A stretch of DNA of 60,459 bases, filler included. It is 3 parts of 3 records of this genome, joined end to end, with 100 filler letters (N's around TTAATTAATTAA, not from the genome) between each part and the next. Parts side by side here need not be neighbours in the genome. Positions count along the whole stretch, not along the records: positions 12,465 to 30,169 come from DRR723986_10057; positions 30,270 to 60,459 come from DRR723986_10058; 1 more part is not named here. One strand, given 5' to 3'. Each line of letters begins with the position of its first letter. Position 1 is the stretch's first letter. The notes under the pieces were generated by a model that saw only the letters and a program-made list of their open reading frames with translations, searched no databases and had not been told where the DNA came from. A program made the translations under genes and the position numbers. Positions 21,978 through 32,299 of the stretch are shown piece after piece.

Positions 21978-22877
21978 TTAGCCATTCTCTGCCAACAGTG
22001 CTTCAATCCGCTGGTCTTTTTCAGACCAGATCTCACTTACCCATCGCTGAAAGTCGACTCTGACCTCACGGTTGTTTTCGTAATCCATTCCAAGAAAACG
22101 CTCTGGCACTTCCCGGGTGCGAATATCAATCACGATCTTGCGCACCCGTCCGCACAGGTAGTCCCATATCCCCGGTCGGCCACCAGGATACACGATAGTG
22201 ACATCCAGCATTGTATGTATCATCTCGCCCATGGCGCCAAACACGAAGGCAGTGCCGCCCGCTCTGGGTTTCAACAGGTGTTTGTAGGGAGAGTTCTGGC
22301 GCTGGTGTTTTTCCGGTGTGAAGCGGGTGCCTTCCATGAAATTGAAAATGGTCACTGGAGTGTACCGGAACTTCTCACAGGCGGCCTGCGTCGCGGCAAT
22401 GTCCTTGCCTTTCAGTTCAGGCCGTTTGGCAATCTGTTCTTTGGTGTGTCTATGCATAAACGGGAAGTCTAGCGCCCACCAGGCAACTCCCAACAAAGGC
22501 ACCCAAATCAGCTGCTTTTTCAGGAAAAACTTCAACAACGGGATCTTGCTGTTCAGAACATACTGAATGGCGGGAATGTCCGCCCAGCTCTGGTGATTGC
22601 AGGTGACAAAATACCAGTGTTCCTTGCTGAGCTTCTCCGCTCCTCGCACATCCCATTCCACCCGGTGGAGTAGATTCATCAGGGTGTTGTTAAAGCCGAT
22701 CCAGTACCAGGCAATAGCGTTCAGCACGATGGTGCACGCTTTACGAAACGGCCGGACAGGAACAATCAGTTTGGCCAGCGCTACCAGCAGCAGTAGCGGA
22801 AGAAATACCAGGGTGTTGATCAGTATCAACAGCACTGCAAGAGCACCTTTTAGCGGTGCAGGCAAGAAATCAAGCAT
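21978..22877 (-). CDS. PlsC-family acyltransferase (YihG-like)
   Basis: NHQSWADI (HX4D), KFFLKKQL, FMEGTRF, LLKPRAGG. Confidence 0.9.
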   Translation of the reverse strand: MLDFLPAPLKGALAVLLILINTLVFLPLLLLVALAKLIVPVRPFRKACTIVLNAIAWYWIGFNNTLMNLLHRVEWDVRGAEKLSKEHWYFVTCNHQSWADIPAIQYVLNSKIPLLKFFLKKQLIWVPLLGVAWWALDFPFMHRHTKEQIAKRPELKGKDIAATQAACEKFRYTPVTIFNFMEGTRFTPEKHQRQNSPYKHLLKPRAGGTAFVFGAMGEMIHTMLDVTIVYPGGRPGIWDYLCGRVRKIVIDIRTREVPERFLGMDYENNREVRVDFQRWVSEIWSEKDQRIEALLAENG

Positions 22878-22908
22878 TAGAAAATCTCTGGTTTGTCAGG
22901 TTCGGGAA

Positions 22909-23841
22909 TCAGCCTTCGAATGGGGTCGCTTGGCCACCGGAACCACCGGGCAGGAGTGTTGTGTCCGGGATAGCCGATGCCAGGCGCTCAAACTGAGCAG
23001 GGGTCCGGTCACCCAGCAGGGTTCTGAACTCCTTGTCGTAGAACTCCAGGTTGTTGTAACGGATCATGGCGCGAATCTCTTTTATGTACTCTTCACCGCG
23101 TTCGGAATAGCCCAGCAGGCCCTCTGCAAGCTCCCATCCAGAAAGGGGTTTCCGGGCATTGCGATCAGCGAGCCGAATGTCCCGGACTGTTTGGTAGGTG
23201 GGGTGACGGTTAAGGTTCTGAATGTAGGAGCGCACGGAATAATAGGGCGAGGGGAATTTAGCCACTTCGTGGATGGCGCCTTCGATACGGCTAAGCGGAA
23301 CCAGGCCGCAGCCCCTGGAAAAGCACCATTGACCAAAAAGATTATTTCCCTCCCTGGCAAACCGAGAGGTACCCCAAGCGGATTCATTCGCAGCCTGAGC
23401 CAGGATCAGGGATGGCGGGATGACATCCAGTCTTTTCCGAAGCAGGGTAAACTGCTTGCTGGTTCCAGGCTCTGCGTCAATACGCAGGCGTTCACCCTGG
23501 CTGGTTAGCCATCGGAGCTCATCCTTGCTGAGTGTGGACTTGTCTTCGAGCGAAGCCAGGTATTCGCGTTCAAGCAGTATTCTCGAATTGGCAAGTACAA
23601 TCCGGGGGTACAGATAGGAAAAGAACGCAATTTTCTTTTCAGTGGTGTCCTGATAGGCCGAGAAATCCGGCAGATCCTCATTGGCCCACTTCGGAAGTGG
23701 GGGCAGGGAAGACAGGGTAACTTCTCCTTCCCCTTCTCCTGGCAGGGTGGTTTGACTGGCGGTAGGCGTGTAGATGGCGCCCGCGAACGCAAAAAACGCT
23801 AACGGTACCAGAAGCATCAGCGCCCTGTTAACTGCAGTCAT
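22909..23841 (-). CDS. Bax-like glucosaminidase-domain protein
   Basis: IPPSLILAQAANESAWGTSRFAREGNNLFGQWC, NLNRHPTY, YSERGEEY. Confidence 0.85.
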   Translation of the reverse strand: MTAVNRALMLLVPLAFFAFAGAIYTPTASQTTLPGEGEGEVTLSSLPPLPKWANEDLPDFSAYQDTTEKKIAFFSYLYPRIVLANSRILLEREYLASLEDKSTLSKDELRWLTSQGERLRIDAEPGTSKQFTLLRKRLDVIPPSLILAQAANESAWGTSRFAREGNNLFGQWCFSRGCGLVPLSRIEGAIHEVAKFPSPYYSVRSYIQNLNRHPTYQTVRDIRLADRNARKPLSGWELAEGLLGYSERGEEYIKEIRAMIRYNNLEFYDKEFRTLLGDRTPAQFERLASAIPDTTLLPGGSGGQATPFEG

Positions 23842-23919
23842 AAACCCCTCGTTGCTATCGATATGGCCTGAATTATAACAGGTTATACGAGGCTGTCCGT
23901 GCTACTGGTTTTACGGTGA

Positions 23920-26142
23920 TCAGGATTCCTCAACAAGCGTTGCGAGTAATAATCCGGTTCTCATTTCCGGGCCAGTACCATCATTGATCACCAGAAAGAT
24001 CTGGTCGCCTGCCTCAGTGTAGAAACCGTGTATGTCGTATTCTCCTGCACTCGTAATTGAAATTTGTCCTTCCGAGGTTGAAGTGAAGGCTGCGTCAAAC
24101 TGGATGGGTTGTCCTTTCGGGGCCACTACCTCGTTGTCTTCAATAATGTGCCTGACCCTCAAGGTCTCCCCATCGAAACTTGCCGAACCGCTCGTCAGAC
24201 TGAGGTGTGCATTATTTACATGATAGAGCCTGTTATCGTCCTGGGTTACACCCACAATCGTGCCCTGCACGCGATAGGTTCCTTCGGTTAGCTCTCCGGC
24301 TGTTAGTCTCTTCCCGGCTACCAAAAGTCCGCTACCCAGGGTGCTATCGTTTAAGTTGAAAGCCATTAAGTCCTGGTTCGGGGTCGAGGCGCCCAGGCCC
24401 AAATCGGGACTGCCAAAGTTCGGGTCGTTGAAATTGATTCTTTCGTCGACTTCGTTGCGGAACAACCCCAGCCTCCCCATGTGAGTATCACCAGAACTCA
24501 GACGGGAGCGCCGGTTGATCACATTCCAGGCATCATTGCTGGTATCCGATGTGGCTACGCCGCCGGAAGCATTGCGGGTCAGGGAGAACTGGGCCAGGTT
24601 GGCGGTGCCGTTCAGAATCTCATCGTTCGCTGCGCCAAATGTCCATTCGCCGTGCCCGGTCTCGAATGTCGCAGGCGCCTCATCGGCGAAACGGGTAGCG
24701 AAGTAAACCAGGTTGTAGGCCTGACCCGCCATGCCGGAAATCTGAAACTGCTCTGCGCGCTGCAGGTGCAGCTCGAACACGCTCTGGTAATGGTTTTCGA
24801 GTGTGCTCTGGCGTTTGAGCTTGCCGTTGTCATCCTCAAGAGCGATGGCCTTGCCACCGGTGAAATAGCTGGTCAGTACTCGGTCCGGCCCGCTTTGTTC
24901 GTCTACGGGCTCGGAAGTGAACGCATCCAGATAGTAGGGGTTTCTGGTCCAGCCGTTGATCAGGCTGCTGTTTTGTCTGGTGATGGTTTGATACAGCGCT
25001 CGCCCGGCAAGCAGGCGGGCCGGTGTTGTTGTGGTCAGCGTGGCTGCACCGGGGGCGCTGGAATGACTGTTTCTCTCCCAGGTTTCGGTTCCCCGCTCAA
25101 AGAATACCTGCTCTGGAATGCCCGAGTTTTCTTTTTCGAAGAACCCGTGTATCTGGGTTTGTCTGTCATAGGGAATATCAGTGGCCAGGGAGGTGATGTT
25201 CAGATTAAAGGCATCGAAGGAGGTGAGGGTCAGTGCCGGGTACAAAGATGCACCATTATCGGCGGTTAGCTGCTCCTCCTGAGCCAAGCGCACTCCCCAT
25301 TGGCCTGCCCCGGAAACTCTGGATTCCCGGAAGGTCTGGCCTAGCTCAAGGGTGAAAAATACCGAATTGTAATCCGCTGCGCTGGCCGAGATGCTGTCTG
25401 AGGAGTTCTGGCCCAGTAAAGCATACCCGGCCATGTCCTCGACATAGCTGGCGAAATCCGCCCGGGCTGCCAGAATTGAAGTCGCCTGAGTGATTTTGGT
25501 GTTTTCCGGGATCTCAATTTCGAAATCATGCACCTGATCGGCCAAGGTGCCCCAAACATACTTATTGAGGCACGAAGCGTTGTCCACACAAGCCATCACT
25601 GTCTGAAAATCATTGGTGGAATACTGGTTCCAGAGCACCTGTGTTACCAGATAATGGGAGAAAGGGTTCACCTTTACATCCCGGTCTGCGTCGGCGGCCA
25701 GTGCTGTCATGGTGGCAGTTCCATAGCGAGCTTCGATGACTACGTCCGGGCCAATGGGAACGCCATTGTCGAAGGTCAGGATAAAATGACCGTCTGCGCC
25801 CTTATCGGTCGAGTAGCTGACATCATCAAACTTCTGTTCGCTGGTGTTGGTGCGGTACACCCGAACCTGATCAGGAATCACAAGGCGCAGATTCCGCCGT
25901 GTTTGCTCGCCTTCTGGTGCCAGATTGCCCGGTAGCTCCATGGTGACACGTACCTGATTTGGCTCCAGGCCTCTGGCATTGCTGGAATCACCAGTACTGC
26001 CGGAGCTGAAATCGTCCAGGGCATTCTGTGTGTTGCCAAACCGGTTGGGAATGTCTTTTACGCCATCAATGGCACTCTCTCCGCCGCCACAGGCGGAAAG
26101 CATCAGCGAATTAGCCAGAAATAACGGGAGTGTCAGTCTCAT
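23920..26142 (-). CDS. Large hypothetical lipoprotein (740 aa)
   Basis: Lipobox LSAC followed by GGG; long beta-rich ORF co-oriented with neighbours. Confidence 0.75.
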   Translation of the reverse strand: MRLTLPLFLANSLMLSACGGGESAIDGVKDIPNRFGNTQNALDDFSSGSTGDSSNARGLEPNQVRVTMELPGNLAPEGEQTRRNLRLVIPDQVRVYRTNTSEQKFDDVSYSTDKGADGHFILTFDNGVPIGPDVVIEARYGTATMTALAADADRDVKVNPFSHYLVTQVLWNQYSTNDFQTVMACVDNASCLNKYVWGTLADQVHDFEIEIPENTKITQATSILAARADFASYVEDMAGYALLGQNSSDSISASAADYNSVFFTLELGQTFRESRVSGAGQWGVRLAQEEQLTADNGASLYPALTLTSFDAFNLNITSLATDIPYDRQTQIHGFFEKENSGIPEQVFFERGTETWERNSHSSAPGAATLTTTTPARLLAGRALYQTITRQNSSLINGWTRNPYYLDAFTSEPVDEQSGPDRVLTSYFTGGKAIALEDDNGKLKRQSTLENHYQSVFELHLQRAEQFQISGMAGQAYNLVYFATRFADEAPATFETGHGEWTFGAANDEILNGTANLAQFSLTRNASGGVATSDTSNDAWNVINRRSRLSSGDTHMGRLGLFRNEVDERINFNDPNFGSPDLGLGASTPNQDLMAFNLNDSTLGSGLLVAGKRLTAGELTEGTYRVQGTIVGVTQDDNRLYHVNNAHLSLTSGSASFDGETLRVRHIIEDNEVVAPKGQPIQFDAAFTSTSEGQISITSAGEYDIHGFYTEAGDQIFLVINDGTGPEMRTGLLLATLVEES

Positions 26143-26264
26143 GAAAGTGCAGTCCGGTCAGGAGGTGTTGTTCGAACAGACTAGCAGCAAACGGCGAGGG
26201 CAGGCGTGAATAGCTGCACGAATCAGCCACCCGGCAATGGAGCCGGGTAGCCGATATGGAGAGG

Positions 26265-26825
26265 TTAGAAGAAGATTTTGATGCCTGCCATAACGCCTTC
26301 ATCCAGGTTCACATCCGGAGAGCCCGCAAAATCCAGCTCCGTGTTCAGGTACCGATAGCCGGCGAACACTTCTGCATTGCGGATAACCCGGTAGCTGCCC
26401 CGTAATTCCAGGCTGGTCATGTCATCGGAATCGCCGAAGGAAAGAATGCTCGGAGCGTAGTGCAGGCTACCGCCAAAGGACAGGCCCGGTACGTCTGGAA
26501 TGTTCATGGTTGCGAAACCGCCAAGGCCCACGGCACCGCCATCAACTTCGTCGTCTTCCCAACCGATGCCACGCATGCCAATGCCAGCAGTGGTTGGCAA
26601 GTTGCCTACTGCGGTTCGGCCCTGGGCGTGCAAGTCGACATTGATAATATGCCGGCTGCCTTCGTGGTAGGTGTATCCTGCACCCAGTTGCAGCTCTTCC
26701 TGGCTGCCGAAAAAGTTAACCTGGCCCTTAACCGAATCGTTGGTCAGGCTCAGATCCAGATCACTGGCCAAAACCGGAGCGGCGGCAAGAGAAAATGCCA
26801 GTGCTGAGATGCGGGTAATCTTCAT
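26265..26825 (-). CDS. YfaZ-family outer membrane beta-barrel protein
   Basis: Signal peptide MKITRISALAFSLAAAPVLA, YAPSILSFGD, GYRY, terminal Phe. Confidence 0.8.
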   Translation of the reverse strand: MKITRISALAFSLAAAPVLASDLDLSLTNDSVKGQVNFFGSQEELQLGAGYTYHEGSRHIINVDLHAQGRTAVGNLPTTAGIGMRGIGWEDDEVDGGAVGLGGFATMNIPDVPGLSFGGSLHYAPSILSFGDSDDMTSLELRGSYRVIRNAEVFAGYRYLNTELDFAGSPDVNLDEGVMAGIKIFF

Positions 26826-26967
26826 GTGTACACCTTTATTGCTGTCGTTGTGAACGCTTGGTCTGCGCAACTGCCAGAATAAACAGCCGTTTCAGCTTCA
26901 ATGGATGTTAAACATCTACTTGCGGCTTCACAACTTAAAAGCCCGTAAGTGGTTGGCAGCCCAGATC

Positions 26968-27156
26968 TCAGTGGCGGGTGAACTCGCCGCCCTGATCTAG
27001 ATCGTCGGGAGAAGCATTTTCTGCGGGCACTCGATACTCTTCATTTGCCCAGGCGCCCAGGTCGATTAGCTTGCAGCGCTCAGAGCAGAAGGGGCGCCAG
27101 GGATTGGTCTCGCTCCATTCCACGGATTTATGACAGGTAGGGCACTCTACATTCAT
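26968..27156 (-). CDS. yacG: DNA gyrase inhibitor YacG
   Basis: [25 protein letters not shown]. Confidence 0.95.
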   Translation of the reverse strand: MNVECPTCHKSVEWSETNPWRPFCSERCKLIDLGAWANEEYRVPAENASPDDLDQGGEFTRH

Positions 27157-27189
27157 GGCTTGATTCCGGGCAGGTGTATTGCGGCTTAC

Positions 27190-29544
27190 TCAGGATGTTG
27201 CTGAAGCTTTACAATATTGTTCCAGTACTGCCCGTAACATTTCAAGGTTGACAGGCTTGGCCACAAAGGAATCCATGCCCACCTCGCGGCAACGCTCCTC
27301 GTCTTCTTCCATGGCGCTGGCTGTCAGTGCCACAACCGGTACCCGGCTGCGACCATGATTGGATTCCCAGGCCCGGAGCTGGCGCGTCGCTTCATAACCA
27401 TCCATCCGTGGCATAACGCAGTCCATGAAAACGACGTCGAATTGGTGCCATTGCCAAAGCGCGGAGGCTGCCTGACCGTCGTTTGCTGTCAGTACTTCGC
27501 AGCCCAGCTTTTCCAGCAATCGCCGGGTGAGGGTGCGGTTTACGGGATTGTCTTCTACCAGCAGCACACGCATCCGGCTGCAAGAAATTTCGCGCTGGCG
27601 ACTTCCGGCATCGGCCATGGTCTTCAGAGAAAATCGGGTAAGAAACCGGCGTTCATGCTCGGCGTCGTGGGTAAACACCTGGTTCAGGATCGGAATCAGG
27701 TAGGATTCCCGAAGAGATTTGCTGAGGAACGCATCAGCGCCGGCCTGGCGAAAGTGCTCTGCATCCCCCCGTTGGGGATTGGAGGACAGTATCAGAAGCC
27801 GCAATTCCGCCCATTGCGGGTTGCTCCGAACCTGGCGGCAAAGCAAGTCTGCATCCATATCCGGCACGAAGCCATCAAGAATCATGGCGTCGTACGGTAT
27901 AGATGCATCGAAAGCCTGTCTTAGTGCAGCAAGTGCCTCACCCGCTGAACGGACAGCGTCAATATGGACGTCGTAGCGGGAAAGCATCTCCAGGGTAATC
28001 TTGCGGGAAAGCTCGTAGGAGTCGACAACCAGCACCCGGCGGCCCTTAACCTGGCGTGAATCCGGGCGTACCTTGGCCGAGCCATCAGTAGCCTCTCTCA
28101 GCGACAGTTCAATCCAGAAGGTAGATCCTTCTCCGGGCCGGCTTTCCAGGTCCATTGAGCCACCCATCAGGTCAACCAGTTGCCGGCAAATGGTAAGCCC
28201 AAGGCCGGCGCCTGGTAACTGACGCTGGAAACGCTGGCCAAGCTGTACGTAGGGCTCGTATACCAGAGGAATGTCCTCCGGATTGATGCCGACACCGGTA
28301 TCCTCAACGGCCAGCCGAAGGCGCACGATGCCTTCTTTTCGGCCAAGAACCTCAATGCTGATCAGCACATGGCCAGAATCTGTGAACTTGATGGCATTGG
28401 ACAACAGGTTCAGCAACACCTGGCGAATTCGTACCGGGTCGCCGGTCATAGCCCAGGGCAGGTTCTCATCTACGCGCATTTCCAGCGCGAGGCCTTTTTC
28501 TCTGGCTCGGGAACCAAGCATATGAATCAAATCATTCAGGGTTTCCCTCAGATCGAACGGAATCGCCTCAAGCTCGAGTTTACCCGCTTCCATACTGGAA
28601 ATGTCCAGCAGGTCGTTAATGATGGAAGACAGGCTCTCCGATGCATTTAGCAAGGTATTTACATACTCCCGCTGCTCCTGATCAAGTGGTGTGTCGGTAA
28701 GCAGATTGGCGTAACCGAGCACAGACTGGAGCGGAATGCGCAACTCGTGACTAACATTAGCCAGAAACTGGTTCTTGGCGTGATTTGCCCGAATGGCCTC
28801 GTCCCGCTCACCCTGAGTCTGAATCGTGGTCTGCCGTAGTGAGCGGGTATCTTCCAGAATCTGCAGCCGCATTTTGTTCAAGGCTTGTTCCAGCTCAGAC
28901 AGCTCGTCGGGCCGCGAGGGGCTGCGCCGGCGCAGCTTCAATGGTTCTACAAGCGCGTCGAGGTTCAGCTCCGCAGCGTAGTCTGCCATGGTTTCAAGGT
29001 GCCTTGATAACGCCAGTCGGACAATCAGCAAAAGCCCCAGAGTGCCCAGCATTACGACAATAGACTGAAAAAGGAGATTCAAAAGTGCGCGCTCGAGAAT
29101 GTCCTGATAAACCTGCTCAATCGATGAAACAATGGTGAGCTCCCCCACTCGTTGTGGGCGATCAAAACTGGAGCGGTTGAATTCGAGAGGAAAGGTCTGG
29201 GTAATCACCCGGCCTTCCGGGTAGGTGCCGGTGCTGAATTCTTCACCGGTGGTGGTGATTACCCGTGCGTAGCCAATAAAGGGCATGGAGCGCATATCAT
29301 CCAGGCTATTGGCCACCTCGCTGAAATTCATAACCCAAAGGTTTGAACTCATGCCCCCTGCCATAAGTTCGGCTGAGCGCTTTTGGCTATTTTCCAATTC
29401 CGATGTCTGGCGTTCGAATTCGCCAATCATCTGGACGCCCGTTGCCACCAGCGACAATATCAGGCTGTACAGCAGCACCCACACCAGCAGCCGCAGTGCC
29501 AGCGGGCGCAACCCCAAACGCTTGAAGAACTGGTTGGAAGGCAA
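27190..29544 (-). CDS. Hybrid sensor histidine kinase with two receiver domains
   Basis: Two TM, HAMP-like DELSEL, H-box FLANVSHELRIPL, N/G1/G2 boxes, two REC domains. Confidence 0.92.
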   Translation of the reverse strand: MPSNQFFKRLGLRPLALRLLVWVLLYSLILSLVATGVQMIGEFERQTSELENSQKRSAELMAGGMSSNLWVMNFSEVANSLDDMRSMPFIGYARVITTTGEEFSTGTYPEGRVITQTFPLEFNRSSFDRPQRVGELTIVSSIEQVYQDILERALLNLLFQSIVVMLGTLGLLLIVRLALSRHLETMADYAAELNLDALVEPLKLRRRSPSRPDELSELEQALNKMRLQILEDTRSLRQTTIQTQGERDEAIRANHAKNQFLANVSHELRIPLQSVLGYANLLTDTPLDQEQREYVNTLLNASESLSSIINDLLDISSMEAGKLELEAIPFDLRETLNDLIHMLGSRAREKGLALEMRVDENLPWAMTGDPVRIRQVLLNLLSNAIKFTDSGHVLISIEVLGRKEGIVRLRLAVEDTGVGINPEDIPLVYEPYVQLGQRFQRQLPGAGLGLTICRQLVDLMGGSMDLESRPGEGSTFWIELSLREATDGSAKVRPDSRQVKGRRVLVVDSYELSRKITLEMLSRYDVHIDAVRSAGEALAALRQAFDASIPYDAMILDGFVPDMDADLLCRQVRSNPQWAELRLLILSSNPQRGDAEHFRQAGADAFLSKSLRESYLIPILNQVFTHDAEHERRFLTRFSLKTMADAGSRQREISCSRMRVLLVEDNPVNRTLTRRLLEKLGCEVLTANDGQAASALWQWHQFDVVFMDCVMPRMDGYEATRQLRAWESNHGRSRVPVVALTASAMEEDEERCREVGMDSFVAKPVNLEMLRAVLEQYCKASATS

Positions 29545-29613
29545 GGCACAAGTTCCCTGTGTCGACTACAAATAGGTGCTCCTGCGATACCATTTGGAAC
29601 ACACGTTCGCATT

Positions 29614-30169
29614 TTAACAGACGGACAGTACTTCCACACGCTTGTTTGAACCTTCGTTCACAAACCGAAACCGAACATTTCGGTCATACAGATGGGCTCC
29701 GTAGATGCGTTGCTCCTCGCGCCCCCGGCGGAACGATGGTCGAGGATCGTAGCTGACAACATCCTCTACAAGAGCCCGGAAGTCTGGATAGTCGGCCTCG
29801 GGAAGTTGGCTAAGCTGCTCCAATGCTTCTGGAGAAAATAGCACTTCCAGCCTGTCGGTAGGCGCAGTGTCGGCCCAGCCCAGTTGCGCCTCCGGGACAG
29901 AATCTGAGAACGGGAGGTAAGGCTTGATGTCGAGAATCGGTGTGCCTTCGATCAAATCGTGATTACTGATTTTCAGAACCAGCTGACCATTCTTGCGCAC
30001 GAGCCCCTCATTCCTGACCACCGACAAGCCAAGACTGTTCGGGCGAAACGGCGACCGGCTGGCAAACACCCCGATTTTTTTATTGCCTCCAAGCCTCGGT
30101 GGTCTAACCACCGGGCGCCATTCTGCTCGCACTGCCTCGTGAAACTGAAAGGTAAGCCAGATGTGGCTT
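29614..30169 (-). CDS. tsaA: tRNA m6t6A37 methyltransferase TrmO/TsaA (5' truncated at contig end)
   Basis: VRPPRLGGNKKIGVFASRSPFRPNSLGLS, DLIEGTPILDIKPY, DPRP. Confidence 0.92.
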
Positions 30170-30269
30170 NNNNNNNNNNNNNNNNNNNNNNNNNNNNNNN
30201 NNNNNNNNNNNNNTTAATTAATTAANNNNNNNNNNNNNNNNNNNNNNNNNNNNNNNNNNNNNNNNNNNN
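30170..30269. other. Artificial contig-joining spacer
   Basis: 44 N + TTAATTAATTAA + 44 N. Confidence 0.99.
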
Positions 30270-31145
30270 CATCGCCTGGTATTTGGCGATGTGGTTGCCG
30301 ACGACTTCTTCCGGCTTCTTGAACGCCATGGCGAGCGTGGTCGAGTGCGCGCGTGCAGAAGGCGTGAAGCCGGTAATCTCGAAATTGTCCGCTTCCACGC
30401 GGTAGCGGCTTTCCGAGAACGCCTGCAGCACGCTGACGCCTTCCGCGCGAAGTGTCACCTTTTCCATCAGCTGTTCGCAGAAGGACGTGACCAGGCCGAT
30501 CAACTGGGCATCGGTTTCAATCGCGGCGGCGGCAATTTCCTGGTCCAGCTCCCAGAGAACACCATGAAGGGCGAGCTGGTCGTTGTCGAACAGGATTTCC
30601 TCGACGTCGCCGCACTGGACTTCGGTTTCACCGGTTTCGGCCGAGAGCCCCGACAGGAGGAAGTCCGTCATGTTGGCAAAGACGTGCAGCGCAATCATGG
30701 CCGTTGCCGACAGAAGATCCTGGAACCGCATCTTCTGCGACGCGTCCAGCATTCCGGCAAGATTGGCGCGCTTTAGCTCGGCAAGGCCGGTCTGGTCGGC
30801 AAACTGGTCGGACGTCACCTGGGCGACAGCCAGCGCCCGGCGCAGGGATCGAAGAACGCTCGCCTGAAGCGGGGTGGTCAATGCATCGTCGTCGCATTCC
30901 AGAATGCGGTTTGAAAGCTGCACGCCCTCGGGACGGGCCGTGGAGCGGGTGACGAGGCCGGGCGTCGTGGAGCGGAACCGCCGGCGGGCGCCAAGGCCGG
31001 GCGAACGGTCCTGTGCAACGGGCGTATCCGACTTCTTGGCGATCCGCGGGGTGTGGTCGAAGCCCTGGAGCATTGCTTCCGCAAAGGCGTATTTCTCGCG
31101 GATCTTGTCTTCTTTCAGTTCCATGAGGTCGTTGGAAAGGGTCAC
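30270..31145 (-). CDS. Hypothetical protein, probably the N-terminal part of an AAA-type ATPase (3' truncated)
   Basis: ORF runs into the spacer ending KKPEEVVGNHIAKYQAM, resembling the segment before an AAA domain; no Walker motif inside the contig, so the call is from recollection. Confidence 0.5.
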
Positions 31146-31154
31146 GCGAAAAAC

Positions 31155-32288
31155 CTATTTGTAACTGAGGATCTTGCCCGAAGGGCTGACGACATACTTG
31201 CGGATATTGGCAAAGCCCGGAGGGTTTCGCTCTTCCAGAATTTGATAAGGCCGTTGCGGCAGGATCAGCGACCGCTGCTGGTGCGTATGGCCTGCGACTT
31301 CCTGTGACGCCGGATTGTGTGCCGACAGCGGATCGAGTTGGTAGATCTGCCGCTCGACAGACGAAAAGAAGCCTGCGGATTCGAACTCGGAGCCAGAGGC
31401 GACCAGGGTTTCGGTTGTCCAGGCCAGGGCCCAGTCTTCTCCAGGACGACCGGTGGCTTCGGCAAGGACGTCGCGTAGCGGACCGGACTGTTGGGTAAAG
31501 GTGTGGCTGTACATCGGCCCCAGAAAGAACCGGCGCAGGCGCTTGGGATGCAGGTCATCGAAGTCGCGGTCGAAGCCGCGGGCGATGGTCACCAGCTTCA
31601 GGGACGCCGAGGATTGGGCGGTCAGATGGCTCTGGACGCGCGGCCAGCGGCGCTCGTCCTTGGCCAGAGGCCACTTGCCGCTGTCTTCCAGGTCGAGAAT
31701 GTAGATCAGCGGAATGTTCTGCTGACTGTCATAGACGGCCCAATGCACCCTGTAGAGGCGGCGGTTGTCGACGACGTTGCCCATCCAGGCCAGACGTGGA
31801 TCGTTCCGTGCCCAGAACAGGTCGCCCTTGGCGAGCTCTTCGTAATATTGCCGCTGCGAGGCGGCAAACTGCAGGTTGGTCGGCGAGGACTGTTCACGCA
31901 GGATATGGTTGACCATCTCCAGCTTGAGTTCGCGCATTGCCGGCAGTGACCGTAAATGCTTGTCGGCCTGCATGGCGTCGTTCGCCATCTGCAGCAGCTC
32001 CTGATAAATCGGGAAGCCGCTGTCCTGACGGTCGATGTTCAAAAGCGAGGGCAGCATGTCCGACACGCGGCCCGCCAGCAGATATTTGTAGGAAAGCGCC
32101 GTGAAGGTTCCCGACAGCGCTTCCAGGTACTCTTTCAGAACCGGTATTTCCGAGGCGAGCGCGGTGTTCTCGTTGATGACGCTTTCCGCCACCCCTTGCA
32201 AATGCGAGATGATCCGCTCGAACTTGGCGAAGTAGCGCCGTGTTTCATGCGCTTCTTCCAGAGTTCTGTGGTCCAGGGTCAGATCCAC
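31155..32288 (-). CDS. Conserved-looking hypothetical protein (377 aa)
   Basis: Long ORF tightly packed (9-11 bp gaps) between co-oriented genes; no recognisable motif. Confidence 0.7.
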   Translation of the reverse strand: MDLTLDHRTLEEAHETRRYFAKFERIISHLQGVAESVINENTALASEIPVLKEYLEALSGTFTALSYKYLLAGRVSDMLPSLLNIDRQDSGFPIYQELLQMANDAMQADKHLRSLPAMRELKLEMVNHILREQSSPTNLQFAASQRQYYEELAKGDLFWARNDPRLAWMGNVVDNRRLYRVHWAVYDSQQNIPLIYILDLEDSGKWPLAKDERRWPRVQSHLTAQSSASLKLVTIARGFDRDFDDLHPKRLRRFFLGPMYSHTFTQQSGPLRDVLAEATGRPGEDWALAWTTETLVASGSEFESAGFFSSVERQIYQLDPLSAHNPASQEVAGHTHQQRSLILPQRPYQILEERNPPGFANIRKYVVSPSGKILSYK

Positions 32289-32299
32289 GGTTCAGACCC

